From Octopus vulgaris (taxonomy: Eukaryota), in NCBI GenBank assembly GCA_951406725.2, contig OX597824.1:98022001-98086000 (forward strand): a stretch of DNA of 64,000 nt, in the 5' to 3' direction. The notes below the pieces were generated by a model. The model worked only from the letters and a program-made list of their open reading frames with translations. It did no database searches and was not told where the DNA came from. The translations under genes and the position numbers were made by a program. Shown one piece after another: positions 41,470 to 56,121 of this stretch. The first letter of the stretch is position 1; each line of letters begins with the position of its first letter.

Positions 41470-43097
41470 ATCAATCTAAAAGTTTGAATTCCTCTAGCAC
41501 TAGGTGCATAGATTGCGATCAACCTGAAGGCCTTACTGCTGTATGTCACATCAAGGACGACCAGCCCACCTTCAGGGTCTACATAGACTGTACTTGTCCG
41601 CAGAGCCAAGTCTTTCCGGATCAGTACTACTACACCCCCTCTCCCTCCGGTCCGGATAGGAGACATGATTTTCTCATAGTCATTCAGAAGGGGCGAGAAG
41701 GCTTGTAGACTGTCCAGCTTGGTCTCTGTAGCAACCATCACATGCATATCGTGTGATCTGAGGTCGCCGAGGAAACAAGCTTGCTTCTACTTCGAGCTCA
41801 GACCACTCACATTCAAACATCCAAGATTAGGTGTAGCCAAAACAAGGAAAAAATGCAAGAGCTCTACTTACCCTTCACTGGTGATGTTGGGGCTGACCTC
41901 ACAACACATGAGGCAGCCCTTTCCTCCTTCTTCAAATATCCTGGAAGGTCCGGGATACTCCTGATGGTCTTTGGATGCCTGTCCTTCAGTTGCCCGTAAA
42001 ACCCTTCCCCTATCCAGGCACATCTTTCTCTTAAGTCCTTGTGCTCTTCAAACAGCGTGGTGCTGTGGTGATCTTTTACAATGTCCTCAGTGTATTTGTC
42101 TCTGGTGTCATATTTTACCAGGGGTTTCAGTTCGTTATCTTTCGTTTTTTCCTTTTTTTTTTTTTACCTTGTGGGACAATGAGACGGGTTCGTTTCTTTT
42201 TTTTGTGGTGTGGTGCTTCCTTTTCCGTTTTGAAAACAACTGTCCTTCTTTTCAATTTTTTAACACTAGGTGAGGGTGGTATTTTTATATCACCCCCCAC
42301 CCTCTTTCATTTTTTTCAAAAAGCTCGGAGAGCTTTTCCTTCGGTAGTTCGACGTTTTCAGTAGCCACCGCGGTAACTGCTGAAAATTTCTTAACTGGCT
42401 CTTCCAGTGAATTTTTCTCTGAAATTATTTCGACCGACATATTCGTTCGAAACAAATTTTAATCCCAGAAAATGGGAAACCTATAATTTTTTTACCTTTT
42501 TTTCCTCTCAACGAGGACAACAGTTCAAATCCCACCCCCGCTGGGGAGCGAGATGTAACAACAAATCCTACAACGTTTGAAATTAAATTTTTCACACAAT
42601 AATAAAAATACGGTAACTCAAAAAACGGGAAACCTATATTATTATTTTTTTTCCTCTCAACGAGGACAACAGTTCAAATCTCACCCCCGCTAGGCTCGGG
42701 TGCTACAATAGAGCTTACAACGGCTAAAATTAAATTTTTCATACAATAATAGATTATCAAAAAAAAACGGGAAACCTATATTTTTTTCCTCTTAATGAGG
42801 TTAACAGTTCAAATCTCACCACCGCTGAGGGTGGAGGGCACGACAATAAAGCCTACAACGGCTTTAACAAGTTCAATATTTCAACAATTCACAGCTGCAA
42901 AAATGGCTTTACACAAACAATTTCTTTCTCCCGCCACCGGGGAAAAGCACAAAATTTTCAAAGTTTCAAAGTTCAACAATGTTCAACAGTTCGAAAATGT
43001 TCAACAATAAACAGTCAACAATTCCAACAGAAAAATTATCCAACGTTCAACAAAACGTTTGACTCACCGCCAAAAAAACACATCTAGCCACGTGACA
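41470..43097 (-). mobile_element. 5' portion of Tx1/L1-like LINE: 5' UTR with tandem repeats, ORF1 relic, APE endonuclease start
   Basis: LGCLNVSGL..*..MHVMVATETK..GGRGGVVVLIRK..VYVDPEGGLVVLDV..FRLIAIYAP (APE domain, about 41470-41830); probable ORF1 ATG at 42440. 5' boundary inferred. Confidence 0.8.
42474..42863. repeat. three tandem diverged units of about 142-153 bp
   Basis: GGGAAACCTATA at 42474, 42627 and 42769, each followed by TTCCTCT.AA.GAGG..AACAGTTCAAATC.CACC.CCGCT. Confidence 0.9.
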
Positions 43098-43115
43098 GGT
43101 AAGAAAGCTATTTAC

Positions 43116-43277
43116 TTATTTCTTTATTACCCACAAGGGGCTAAACCCAGAGGAGACAAACAAGGACAGACAGACGGATTAAGTCGATTATATCGACCCC
43201 AAGTGCGTAACTGCTACTTAATTTATCGACCCCGAAAGGATGAAAGGCAAAGTCGACCTCGGCGGAATTTGAGTGAC
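43116..43277 (-). mobile_element. 5'-truncated SINE family A with 18-bp TSD
   Basis: GGTAAGAAAGCTATTTAC at 43098-43115 and 43278-43295. Confidence 0.9.
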
Positions 43278-43464
43278 GGTAAGAAAGCTATTTACCACAC
43301 AACCATTCATGTATGATTTTTAAAAAAAACTTGTAGTAAATAAGCAAACGAACATGTTACTAAATACACAAGCGAACAGAAAATTGCGTTTGAGCTGATA
43401 ATGATGCTGAGTTGATGGCGTTCTGTGTTTTTTGTTCGCCTTTGTGTTCAGTAAATATAAACAC

Positions 43465-43628
43465 ACGACGAACGTCTTTCAGTTTTCCGTCTACCAAATC
43501 CGCTCCCAAGGCTTTGGTCGGCCTGAGGCTATAGCAGTAGACACTTGCCCAATGTGCCATGCAGTGGGACTGAACCCAGAACTATATGGTTATGAAGCAA
43601 GCTTCTTACCACACTGCCATGCCTGCGT
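43465..43628 (-). mobile_element. SINE family B 5' part
   Basis: Reverse complement of the family B head. Confidence 0.8.
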
Positions 43629-43735
43629 CTGACATACATATACATATACATGCACAAACATATAAACGCATACATACATACACACATATGTGTATTCATA
43701 GATAAATATGTATGTATTTATGTATGTATATTATA

Positions 43736-43862
43736 CAGGGTGTCCACAAAGTCTGGGTACATGGGAATTAACACATACTTTAGGAAATTATTATTTCTTA
43801 TATTTAACTCTTTATGTTATGATTTTATTTACTCCATGTACCCAGACTTTGTAGATACCCTG
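43736..43862. mobile_element. 127-bp Tc1/mariner-type MITE
   Basis: TA|CAGGGTGTCCACAAAGTCTGGGTACATGG ... CCATGTACCCAGACTTTGTAGATACCCTG|TA: 29-bp TIRs with 2 mismatches, TA TSD. Confidence 0.9.
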
Positions 43863-44565
43863 TATATGTATATGAGACTTGTCGAGTATATAAACGATTT
43901 TTTAATGATTATTTAGAAGAAAATAAACTTAATATAAACACGTTCTGTTTTATAAACCTTTATGGTAAAATAATATCTCTTTGTTAAATGAAGAAACTGT
44001 GGAATAAAGGAGTCCATTGTGAACCTGGCCGCCATTACTTGATCTACACAACTAAATGTACTCAAATAGACACGCGCAGACATAAGGTTGTTCATAATTC
44101 TTGCATGAACCGTAGTTTTATTGGCCGGATAAAAAATACTTTGTTTTATTGTAATATAGGAATGTATATTTAAGAAAGAAAAAAAGTAAAGCAACATTGA
44201 AATAAAGGAAACATTTAATAGAACAAAATACCTGATAATTTTTAACTGTTTTTATTTCTATTTTCAACATTATATACAACAAATAATAGGCAGAGCATTT
44301 TGACCGGCAAACAATACCCATGCATGCAATAGGTTTAGGGAATTTAATACTTTCCTAATTAGGATGTAGTTGAGATCTCCCTGGCAAATGGAATTGATTT
44401 TGACAACCGATGGTCTTTGCTTTTGATGGATCTCCATCTCCACTCTATCATGTGTGAAAGCATTAGCAGGGTGAGAGATCGAGGTATAGATAGATAGATA
44501 AATAGAGAGAGAGAGGGGGAGAGATACATACATACATACATACATACATACATACATACATACAT

Positions 44566-44670
44566 ACCCTGTTGTTGGTGTTGAAATTCCAATGAAGGAG
44601 TCTGCGATCTATGTTAGAAACCGGTTCCTTCTCTATTGACAAGAAATCTTGAAATAAACTGAATAATGAC
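44566..44670 (+). mobile_element. about 105-bp R4/Dong-tail-like element between (CATA)n and (CA)n
   Basis: Same boundaries as 21356-21461. Confidence 0.75.
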
Positions 44671-46125
44671 ACACACACACACATGGGAGTCGCTAAGTTT
44701 AATGGCATAGAGCGCTCACCCGGAATTTATGAAGTACGAGCTTCGATTCTGTATAGCAGATCTTTGGCCCCTTTTTTCCCCTCTTCTAAGTCTATTTACC
44801 TCATCTGCAAAGCTCTTTCCACAACTATCCAACATTCGAGATTTCCTTTATTTTCGGTAAAATACAAGCATTTCTTATTGTGAAGAAAGCAGCTTCGAAT
44901 TAAACAGATGCAAACGAATATTTATTCGTGAGTTTTCTTAAGAGAAAGTTAAAGATTCAAGATTCATTATTTTCTTTCAATTTTGTAATAAATTTAATTC
45001 AAAAGGAATTTTTAAATCATTTTTGTATGTGGAAGCTTAGTATCTTCAAACATTGCGTTGAGAAATATATGTGTATACATAAATACACGCACTCACACAT
45101 AAATCTACGCATACATATACGCATACACACACATACAAAAATCCACGCATACATATACGCATACACACACATACAAAAATCCATGTATACATACATACAC
45201 AAACACACTCACAGGAAGAGATTGAGAGAAAGGGTGTAGTTGCAAGCAAAACTGGGGGTCATGTTACAGATAGACAGATTTGACAAAAATTAATATAGCG
45301 TTTTCATCGTATATCACACATATATACATGTGTGTGTGTGTGTGTGTGTTTTGGCTACAGCAAACACTAAAATTTATTCACTGAAACTTTTTCCATAGAA
45401 AAACTTTCAAGTAACACGTGACCTTTCCTCACCCTCCGTTTCTTTTTCTTTGCTTTTCTTTCTCCTTGTTCATGTAAAACACTTTTTGAGAAAACGTCCG
45501 CAGCCATTTTAACAATAAAGCTATTCTATGAAAACATTTATGACGTGAAAATATTTTTTACTTTTATAAATATAATTGTACGGAAAAACAAGTAGTTACC
45601 CCGTATGTTAAAAAAATAAACTTGTTTTATTGAAGCAAAAATATATACAAGTATAAATATTTAGCTCGAAACTAACCCATTCGCATTTTTTCCTCTATGG
45701 ATTATACACAGACATAACACAAACACACACGCACACACATATATATACATGCGTAATGTATGTTTATGTATGTATACATATATAGACACACATTTATTTA
45801 TATTTCATATTTCTTTTATTTATCGATGTTGCTGTTGTTGTTGTTGTGATGTAAACATTGAGCTAAACTTTGAAACCCCCACCCCACCCCATATCTCACA
45901 AATAACCTGGGATAAAGTGAGAAGTGTGTATGTTCAGGCTAATGTCTGTGCGTACATATGTGTATGTGTATGTGCGCACGCACATGTGTGTATGTGCGTG
46001 TGTGTGTATGTGTGTGTGTATGTGTGTGTGTGTGTGTGTGGGTGTGTGGAGAGAGAGAGAGATTGATGGCCAGAGGGATTGATATATATGTAGGTATATA
46101 TGTGTGTTTTTGCTTGGGTATGTAT

Positions 46126-46159
<34 letters not shown>

Positions 46160-46398
46160 TTGTGTTTTGAGAGAGAGAGAGGGAGAGTGACAGCCAGAGA
46201 GACAGGCAGTTATGTTTGTAGACATGTATATATATAAACATGGATGTATATATATAGAGAGATAGATAGATACATACATACATACATAAAAATATATGAG
46301 TGTATGTATATGCATGTATGTATAATTGTATGCTTGTACATACATACATATATATATATATGAATGTTTATGTGTGCGTGTGACATATACCTCTATCT

Positions 46399-46446
<48 letters not shown>

Positions 46447-46999
46447 GTATGTATGTATGTATGTATGTATGTATGTATGTATGTATGTATGTATGTATGT
46501 ATGTATGTATGTATGTATGTATGTATGTATGTATGTATGTATGTATGTATGTATGTATGTATGTATGTATGTATGTATGTATGTATGTATGTATGTATGT
46601 ATGTATCACAGCATATACAGCGACTGTGTCCAAAAACAGCAGATCAATGTTCCAGAGGGCATCGTTTAAACGACTTCCAAACACTTGGCTTTCCTAAGAG
46701 TTCTCTATTTTAAAAGCAGCAATTTTTCGTTTTCCCATATTTTTGTAATATTTAACAACGTCATCTAAGTTGTTGTTGATGTTATCAATCTTGTTGCTGT
46801 AGTTATTCGTCTGTTTGTTACGCTTACAGATTGTTTCCTAAAAACGAAATTTTTATTATTATTATTATTATTATTAGGATATTTACCAAGGATATTCTTT
46901 TACGTCTTAGACGACGGAACTGGTAACTAGTAACCACTGTTATTTCTTAGTTAGTATATTCCTTAATTCCTCGGCGATGGAACTAGTAACTACTAATAT

Positions 47000-47090
47000 C
47001 TGAAGATGGAATATTCGGCTTCTATGGAAATCTTTCCCCAATGACCGATGCACAATATGCACAGCTATTCTAGAAACAGCTGTAAGAAAC
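47000..47090 (+). ncRNA. hammerhead motif with extended stem II and palindromic stem III; stem I degenerate
   Basis: CUGAAGA 47000-47006; stem II UGGAAUA/UAUUCUA (7 bp); GAAAC-AGCU-GUA 47073-47084. Confidence 0.55.
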
Positions 47091-47202
47091 GTAATTCCTT
47101 ATTTCTTAATCCTTGATTTATTCTAACAACTCTGCACTTAGTTTCAATTATAAAGTACATGCTCGAAAGTGATGCCACATTTTACCTTTTCATTATTTTT
47201 TT

Positions 47203-47296
<94 letters not shown>

Positions 47297-48014
47297 TATA
47301 CATATATACACACGCATACATACAAGCATACATGCATGCAAAGATAGATAGATAGATAGATATTATATACATTTCTATATAATCTATATCTATTTACATT
47401 TAGATAAGTGGACTGCCACTACTTTCTCTCGATATCTTGGGAAGAAGAGATGAGTGCATCTTGATGAGTTTTTATGAAACAGTGAAAGCGTTAGGTTCAA
47501 TACTTAACACAAGCTGCCAAAAAGTTCCCCGTGGGACTAAATATATACAGATATAACGTTATATTTACATATAATTGTTTCTTTGTAGGTTCTGGAGTTT
47601 GAGGTGCAATTACGATTGTAAAAATCCAATTATTCCTTCACCTCTTTGACCTGAGGTCATTATTTCACCTTCTCTTGACCTTGAGGCGTGTAGAAGGGGG
47701 GGATGAAATCGTAATATTGAAGATATTAGACATTTTCACTACTACGACTACTACCACCACTACAACAACTACTACTACCAATACTAATAGTATGGCTACT
47801 GCTACCACAACTACCACGGTTGCTGCTATTTCCACTTCTACGATTATCATTACCATTGCAACCACCACCACTACCACAACTACAATTTATACTTCCGCTG
47901 CAATCACTACTACTACTACTACTACTACTACTAGCAAGACCACCACTACAATCTCTAATTCACTAAATATATCTATATATGTACAATCTACCTGTCTATA
48001 TCCATATCTATCTA

Positions 48015-48069
48015 CCTGTATATATATATATAAATATATATATATAAATATATATATGTATATATATAC

Positions 48070-48119
<50 letters not shown>

Positions 48120-48738
48120 ATGTATGTATGTATGTATGTATGTGTATTTATGCATATGAATTATATATATATATATATATAATGCGTATGTGTATATATG
48201 TGTGTGAGTGCGTGTGTGCGTGTGTGTGCATGTGTGTGTGCGTATGTGTTTGTGTGTGTAAATGTGCATGTGTTTGTATGTGCGTTTGAGTGTCTGTGCG
48301 TGCGTGTGTGTGTTTGTGTGTGTGCGTGCGCGTGTGTGCGTGCGTGTGTGTTTGTGTGCGTATGTGTTTGTGTGAGTAAATGTGTGTGTGTGCATGTATG
48401 TATGTATGTATGTGTATTTATGCATATGAATTATATATATACACACACACAGCCGTCTCTAGTGCGCTAGACATGGTTGTCACTACAATGTTATTTTCGT
48501 AACAGCATTAAAAATAATTAAGTTTTGTCTTCAGCTTACGGGCCAAACTAATTACAATTTAATTAAGACCAGGCTAAATTATCAGACACTAGTGATGTTG
48601 TTGTTATTCTTCTTCTTGTAGACCGCCATATTATTATATTAGATGTATTGGAGAACAGAGGTGCAGAGTTCAAAACTAGACAAGAGGCTCGAAATATCTA
48701 CATTGAGCAAGCAATAGACAGGATACACACATTTTGTG

Positions 48739-48799
<61 letters not shown>

Positions 48800-49065
48800 G
48801 TGTGTTTGTTTGGGTGTGTACGTGTGTGTGTGTGCGTGTGTGTGCGTGTGTGTGTGTGCGTGTGTGTGAGTGCGTGTGTGTGAATGCGTGTATGTGTGCG
48901 TGTGTGTTTGTGTGTGGGTGCATGTGTGTGTGTGCGTGTGTGTTTGTGTGTGTAAATGTGCATGTGTTTGTATGTGTGTTTGTGTGTCTGTGCGTGCGTG
49001 TGTGTGTTTGTGTGTGTGCGTGTGCATGTGTGCGTGCGTAAATGTGCATGTGTGCGTGTGCGTGT
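48015..49065. repeat. complex (TG)/(TGCG)/(TA) microsatellites with internal block duplications
   Basis: Blocks such as TGTAAATGTGCATGTGTTTGTATGTG recur (about 48257 and 48951). Confidence 0.85.
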
Positions 49066-50604
49066 GCTACATAACAGAAGACTGGAAAACGTTTTGTTAT
49101 TATTTACACTGCATTACATATGTTTCATTGCTAATAGGAATTATCAGTATACACGTAGAAAAAACAGGTAAGCCATTTCCTATTAATAATTCTTCAGACC
49201 GAGGATTAGGATAATCCGAATTACTAATATACAGCGTTTCTGTCAATTTATTACAACATGGGAAGCCGGATTCTTGTCGGGTGTATCAAGTCATGCGTGA
49301 GTTGATGTAAGAAACACAGCCCACTTAATATATCGAAAGATCTGCAATCGATTGATTCCCTTATATCAGCGTTGGCGGGGGGAGGGGCTATGTGTGTCAG
49401 CTATTTAAGCCGGCAGAGGGGGCTAAATAGCAGCTGCTTTGATGGGAAAAGGTGAAAGGTAAACACTGGAATATTTCAAGACCGGGAATGGCTTATGTGA
49501 CAGGTTATTAGCAGCAATAAATACGATGAACGAATCCAAGGAATAACAGAGCGAAGAAACGCTATAAAGTAACAGGAAATCCATGAAAAGTGAGAATGGA
49601 ATTCGCAGAGGTTGGCATTCGACTCCATTGTTTGGTTGTGTTCAATGGTTTGTTAAATAGGCAATTGTTTATGAGAGTGGATTGTTTTGCCGCCACCTTC
49701 CATTGCTGGATGAACCGAGTTTGGTTTCAGACGGTTTTGGATGGATGCCATTATTAATGGTTGGATAGATGGACGTAGAGGTCAGATACATGAATGACTG
49801 CCATTATAAATGGCTTGATGGATGGACATCGATTGGTTTCAGATGATCTGGATGACTGCCATGTTAAATATTTTGATGACTGGACAAGGATACCAGATAA
49901 GTTATTTGGGGATGATCTACGTGTCAGTTGTTGCTTAACTCCAACCCAGATTCCTTTCAGTAAAACTATTATCAAAAGCGTTCCAGCCATGGCCTCATAA
50001 ATATTTTTTTATATATCCAAGATTATATTATTGCGTTATGTTTCCTTCCAATTTAAAACAATGAGTGAGTAATTTGAGGTAATTTTGATTGTTATGTTTA
50101 GCAATTCAAGTGATTGCTTAGAAATTCGATTTCCTTGCTGTCGCCGGTGATCAGACTGAAGATAAACTGGCGATTTGTGAAAGGTCAGTTAAATGAGATG
50201 AAATCAATTACCTGACTGACCATCGCTTAACTGACCTCATATCAGTGGACAACCAGACTCTGAAACCCGAATTACTGCATCACAGGATGAAGAGGAATTG
50301 TAAGGAATGCTGGATTATCCGATTATCATATCGTTACTCACCCATTCCTTCCATAAATATTGAACCCCCTGTCTCGCCGTTCCTCTTTGTTTCTCTATCT
50401 CCCTCTCTCTGTCTATGTCTCTCTCTTATCCTCTCTTTCTTGACCTCTCAATATTTCAACGACGAAAAGCAACTAAAATACTAAACTTCTCTTTCACATC
50501 GAAAACATTTCTGCGAATCTCAAAAGTAAATTCTTTGACAGAATTTTAAAGTAGCTTGACGATCATTCTTTGGTAGAATTAGTCTGACACAAGTTGAGTG
50601 CAAT

Positions 50605-50696
<92 letters not shown>

Positions 50697-51552
50697 AAGT
50701 AAAGTCAGTTGCCATTTCAAAGTGACTGTTCCATATTAATGATAACATTAATGCAAACATTCGGGCCAGGTCTCTTCCCGTTCTTCTCACTAGTCCCAGA
50801 GGCCATGTAAAATCTTATGGACTCTGCACTTCTCTTGAAGAAAAGGGATTGGTTAGCGTTGTGAGTTCAAGTAAAGTTGAAGAGGATCCCTCTTGTGGAA
50901 ACAAAAGGGGGTCATCGAAAGAAGAACTAAAAACAGAAATCAAGGGACCATACCTAGCAGTCTTCGAAAGAATTAAGGGAGATGGGTGGATTAAAAAGTT
51001 TGCTTGGCAATCATATTACCTTGGGTTCGATCCCTTAGTGTGGCATAGTGGGCACCAATCTGCTACTGTAGCCTCGGGCGAACCCATTCCTTGTGAGCGA
51101 AATTTGAGAGGCGGAAAGCCGCCTTCGTTTCGTTTGCCTCTTATTTCCCCGCTTCTGCCTCCACCCCTCTCTCTCTCTCTCCCTCTCCCTCTCTCTCTCT
51201 CTCTCTCCCCTACATTTTCTCTCTTCATCTCTACTCATGAGCTCTCCCCTATCGACCGCTGCCTCCGACGGTGCACGAACCAGCGGCATGCCGTTCTGGC
51301 TGGAAGTCCAATACACTGCCATTTCAAGAATCAGCCCAGCTGCCAAGATCGATATCCGATACAATCGGAGCTCCATCAGTGAATCACAAAGCTATGTGTT
51401 CAATTGTTTATGATCGGATTACTTCTCCACCCTTACTGCCCACCCTCATCACACCTCACATGTCCTTCCACACCCGCTCCTTTCCAAGCCAACACGCACT
51501 CGTTCACTCCTATTCAGAGTCTAATAAAAAATCATGTGCAAATACACATACA

Positions 51553-52172
<620 letters not shown>

Positions 52173-52467
52173 GTATTTCAAGCAAAGTTTGTGTACGTGC
52201 GGCGTCTATGTGAATGTGTGTATACGTATGGGGGTGGGGTGCATGCGTATTGGTGTAAAATCGATATTGAACGTCCGTATCGATAAATATTTAATAAAGA
52301 ATGAAGGCGATCGGAGACAATAGAACGCTGGTGGATCCTTAATCCCATTGACTTTGATAAACACAGCATGTCGGGTTTAGACAAGGGAAACCCTAATATC
52401 CCGTGAAAGAACCAACACAACACACACATTCACATTCATATTTGTGTATGTGTGTGTGTGTGCGCGC

Positions 52468-52508
<41 letters not shown>

Positions 52509-52709
52509 TATGCAGAGAGAGACAGAGTATATACACATACCATACACAAACACAGGTACCCGCTCTAACACACACACACACACACACACAAACATGTACG
52601 CACACACACATATACACATGCAAACATACACACACACAAATGCTGTCATGCAGGACAACGCCTTTGTATACGCATCAGTCTCCACATTAGATAGATAGAG
52701 AGAGAGTGA

Positions 52710-52741
<32 letters not shown>

Positions 52742-52742
52742 A

Positions 52743-52790
<48 letters not shown>

Positions 52791-52884
52791 GCTAGTGAGG
52801 CATTTAAACAGACAGACTGTCAGAAGGACAGACAGACAGACATATGTGTATATGACTCTCTGTCTATTTAAACGTCTATCTAAC

Positions 52885-52923
<39 letters not shown>

Positions 52924-53392
52924 ATTGTTGACTAAGAATCCGTAGGTCAGAAAAAACCAGGCACTTGTACATTAGTCAATATGATGAACATATTGATCTT
53001 AAAGTATTAAAGATCCATTGCAGCCGAACTTAGCAACCGGTTTCTCATTGGATATAGGATATCAAGAAATTCGGTAATCAGCTGTTTTAAGGGTAAGATT
53101 AGCTACACGCTAGACCCTAATACCACCAAGAGGAAATGCTCCTGGGAAGTGTTGTAGTTCACACACCCCTTCTCCCTAACTGCAAAACCTGTGTAGGTAA
53201 GATCTTCTTCGGTTTAGTGTATAAACATTATCTCCGTACAAATAATTCCCGTTTAAAAGAGTTTCTTTTAGTTGTGCACCCAGTATAAAGAAAATCTTAA
53301 TAATTGGGCCCTTTAGTAGGTGGGCCCACACCTGAGATTGATGCATGGTGTTCATACAGAAGCATCATTCATGTCTGCTTGACTGTTACTGC

Positions 53393-53435
<43 letters not shown>

Positions 53436-53469
53436 GTAACGTCAAAGGGGCCCCAGTGGGCCTGCAAAC

Positions 53470-53716
53470 GTACGGGAGTATGTGTACGCAACAGAAACCC
53501 CTTCTAGGATCAGATTTAACAAACGTAAATCATCCTTTAATATCCAGGAGAGATGTAATCTCACAGCCCTGCTTAGGTATGAATGTTCGTTGAAGGAAAA
53601 CACCATGAATTACGACATCAAGCAGACGATGCGGAAAAAGTGTAAACCTAACTTCGACAATGGCTGGAGGTACAGCCTATGCCTGGCCGAGAAATGGACC
53701 GTGTTAAAGAACACCC
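53470..53716 (+). mobile_element. Penelope-like element GIY-YIG endonuclease relic
   Basis: Y..ATETPSRIRFNKRKSSF....NLTALLRYECSLKE....YDIK..RKKCKP..NG....LCLAEK matches PLE YIG.T...F..R...HK.SF...T.LS.Y.W.LK...C.LCL.EK. Confidence 0.75.
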
Positions 53717-54197
53717 CTCACTGGTGGTGCTGTTGTTGTTGTTGTTGTTGCTGTTGTTGTTGTTGTTGCTGTTATTGTTGTTAAGCAACAAGATGGGTAA
53801 GGGCGATAGGTGATGGCCTATGGCTTAAGGGCGGAAGACCCCAAACCTTGGGGAAAACTTTGGTCGTCTTGTTGTAGTCGAGAGCTCTTCGTTGACACCC
53901 GACACCACTGGGAGGTGGACCTCGAAGTCGCTGGAAATGGAGATCTCCAGGTCCAAATTCTTGAACGGTTGGTGGTGGTGGTGGTGGTGGTGGTGGGGGT
54001 ATTGATGATGATGATGATGATGATGATAGCGGTGGGGATTGTGGTGGTAGTGATGATGGTGATGGTGACTGTGGTAGTGGTGGTGGTGGTGAGCTGAAGA
54101 GATGAACGCGTGAGATTGATTTGATAGGGAAAAGGTATTAACAGTAAGGCTGAAGAAAAGACAATGTTTATTGAAGAGAGAACAGTTTAAATGTGCA

Positions 54198-54289
<92 letters not shown>

Positions 54290-54438
54290 TGCGAGGTGTA
54301 TGAGTTCGAGTAAGTCTCTCTCTCTCTGTGCGTGTTTGGGTCGTGATAAGAGATGGAGTGTTGATGGATTTAAGTCGCCCAACTGACAAGGAGTTTTGAG
54401 TCAAATTTTTTAGCTTATGAGTATTATAGTAGGGAGTG

Positions 54439-54497
<59 letters not shown>

Positions 54498-54506
54498 ATA
54501 AATAGA

Positions 54507-54538
<32 letters not shown>

Positions 54539-54631
54539 TACGCAACACATATGCGTAGATTATATGAAAGCAATGATATATTTATAGTATGTATATCATA
54601 TGTACATATATACTATATGTATATCTATATA

Positions 54632-54679
<48 letters not shown>

Positions 54680-55288
54680 TGATATATGTATATTCTGTGT
54701 GTGTGTGTGTGTGTGCGTGTGTGTGTCAACGTATGTATATATATATTATATATACATACGAATATGTATGCATCTAGCTAGCTAGATATATGTATAGATC
54801 GATAGATAGATAGAGGTGATTAAAGCAGTTAGACATTAGAAATGGAGGAGGAGGAGGGGTGGCAGCGGCGGCGGCGGTGAAGAGGAGATGACAAGGAGAT
54901 TAGGACTAAACATTGTCTGGAGGAGATGAGAAGCCATGTTGGGGGAAATCCCATCTAATTGTCACAACAGAAGTCCTACAACAGCTTGGGGGGGTGGAGA
55001 GGTTTAGGGGGGACGGTGAGGGTTGCGGGGTCAGTAAGGAGTGGTTTAGGGTAGGTAGGTGGGGGGGGGGGAGATAATAATGAAGGACAACAAGAAGGAG
55101 GAGAAGAAAAGGAAAATGATGACAGCCGAGACAACTGCAATTCTGACGACCATAATTTAATGTCAATCAACATCAGTCGATTCTATGTGGCCACTGGATC
55201 TCCTAGAGATAGCAGCCAAATATCAAGCTATTCCGTCTTAATATTGAACAGATAGGATAATAGTCGTCTTTGTCGCCTCCAAAATATT

Positions 55289-55685
55289 CTTTTCTACTCT
55301 AGGCACAAGGCCCGAAATTTGGGAGGAGGCGGCAGTCGATTAGATCGACCCCAATACGCCACTGGTACTTAATTTATCGGCACCGCAAATATGAAAGGCA
55401 AAGTCGGCCTCGGCGGAATTTGAACTCAGAACGTAAAGGCAGACGAAATACCTATTTCTTTACTACCCACAAGGGGCTAAACACAGAGAGGACAAACAAG
55501 GACAGACAAACGGATTAAGTCGATTATATCGACCCCCAGTGCGTAACTGGTGCTTATTTAATCGACCTCGAAAGGATGAAAGGCAAAGTCGACCTCGGCG
55601 GAATTTGAACCCAGAACGTAACGGCAGACGAAATACGTCTACGCATTTCGCCCCGCGTGCTAACCACTCTGCCAGCTCGCCGCCT
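55289..55685 (-). mobile_element. dimeric/nested SINE family A with two different 3' tails, 16-bp TSD
   Basis: TCGC(C/T)TCCAAAATATT at 55273-55288 and 55686-55701; core repeated twice. Confidence 0.85.
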
Positions 55686-55890
55686 TCGCTTCCAAAATAT
55701 TACAAGCGTTATATGATAAGGCGCAGGGCTGGCTGTGTGGTTAAGAAGCTCGCTTTACAACCTCGTAGTAGTTTCAGGTTCAGTCCCACAATGGTGAGTG
55801 CAAGGTCACAGCGCACTTTGTGGGGCATTGTGACCTTGAGCAAGGCATTTCATTTTTATGTTATTCCAATCCAACTCAATGTTGTATACC

Positions 55891-56121
55891 TATTTCTTTA
55901 CTACCCACAAGAGACTAAACACAGAGAGGACAAACAAGGACAGACAAAGGGATTAAGTCGATTACATCGACCCCTGTGCATAACTAGTACTTAATTTATC
56001 GACCCCCGAAAGGATGATAGGTAAAGTCGAGCTCGGCGGAATTTGAACTCAGAACGTAACGGCAGACGAAATACTGCTACGCATTTCGCCCGGCGTGCTA
56101 ACGTTTCCGCCAGCTCGCCGC
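55891..56121 (-). mobile_element. full-length SINE family A with 14-bp TSD
   Basis: CAATGTTGTATACC at 55877-55890 and 56122-56135. Confidence 0.92.

Noticed and set aside
42474-42863. CRISPR-like spaced repeats
   Set aside because: Whole units are homologous, eukaryotic context, no cas genes.
50154-50190. CTGAAGA...GAAAGGTC hammerhead-like match
   Set aside because: Stem III impossible (too short) and stem I unpaired.
54672-54690. Partial resemblance to miR-190 (ATATGTTTGATATAT)
   Set aside because: Seed start mismatched, lies within a (TA)n tract, no precursor hairpin.
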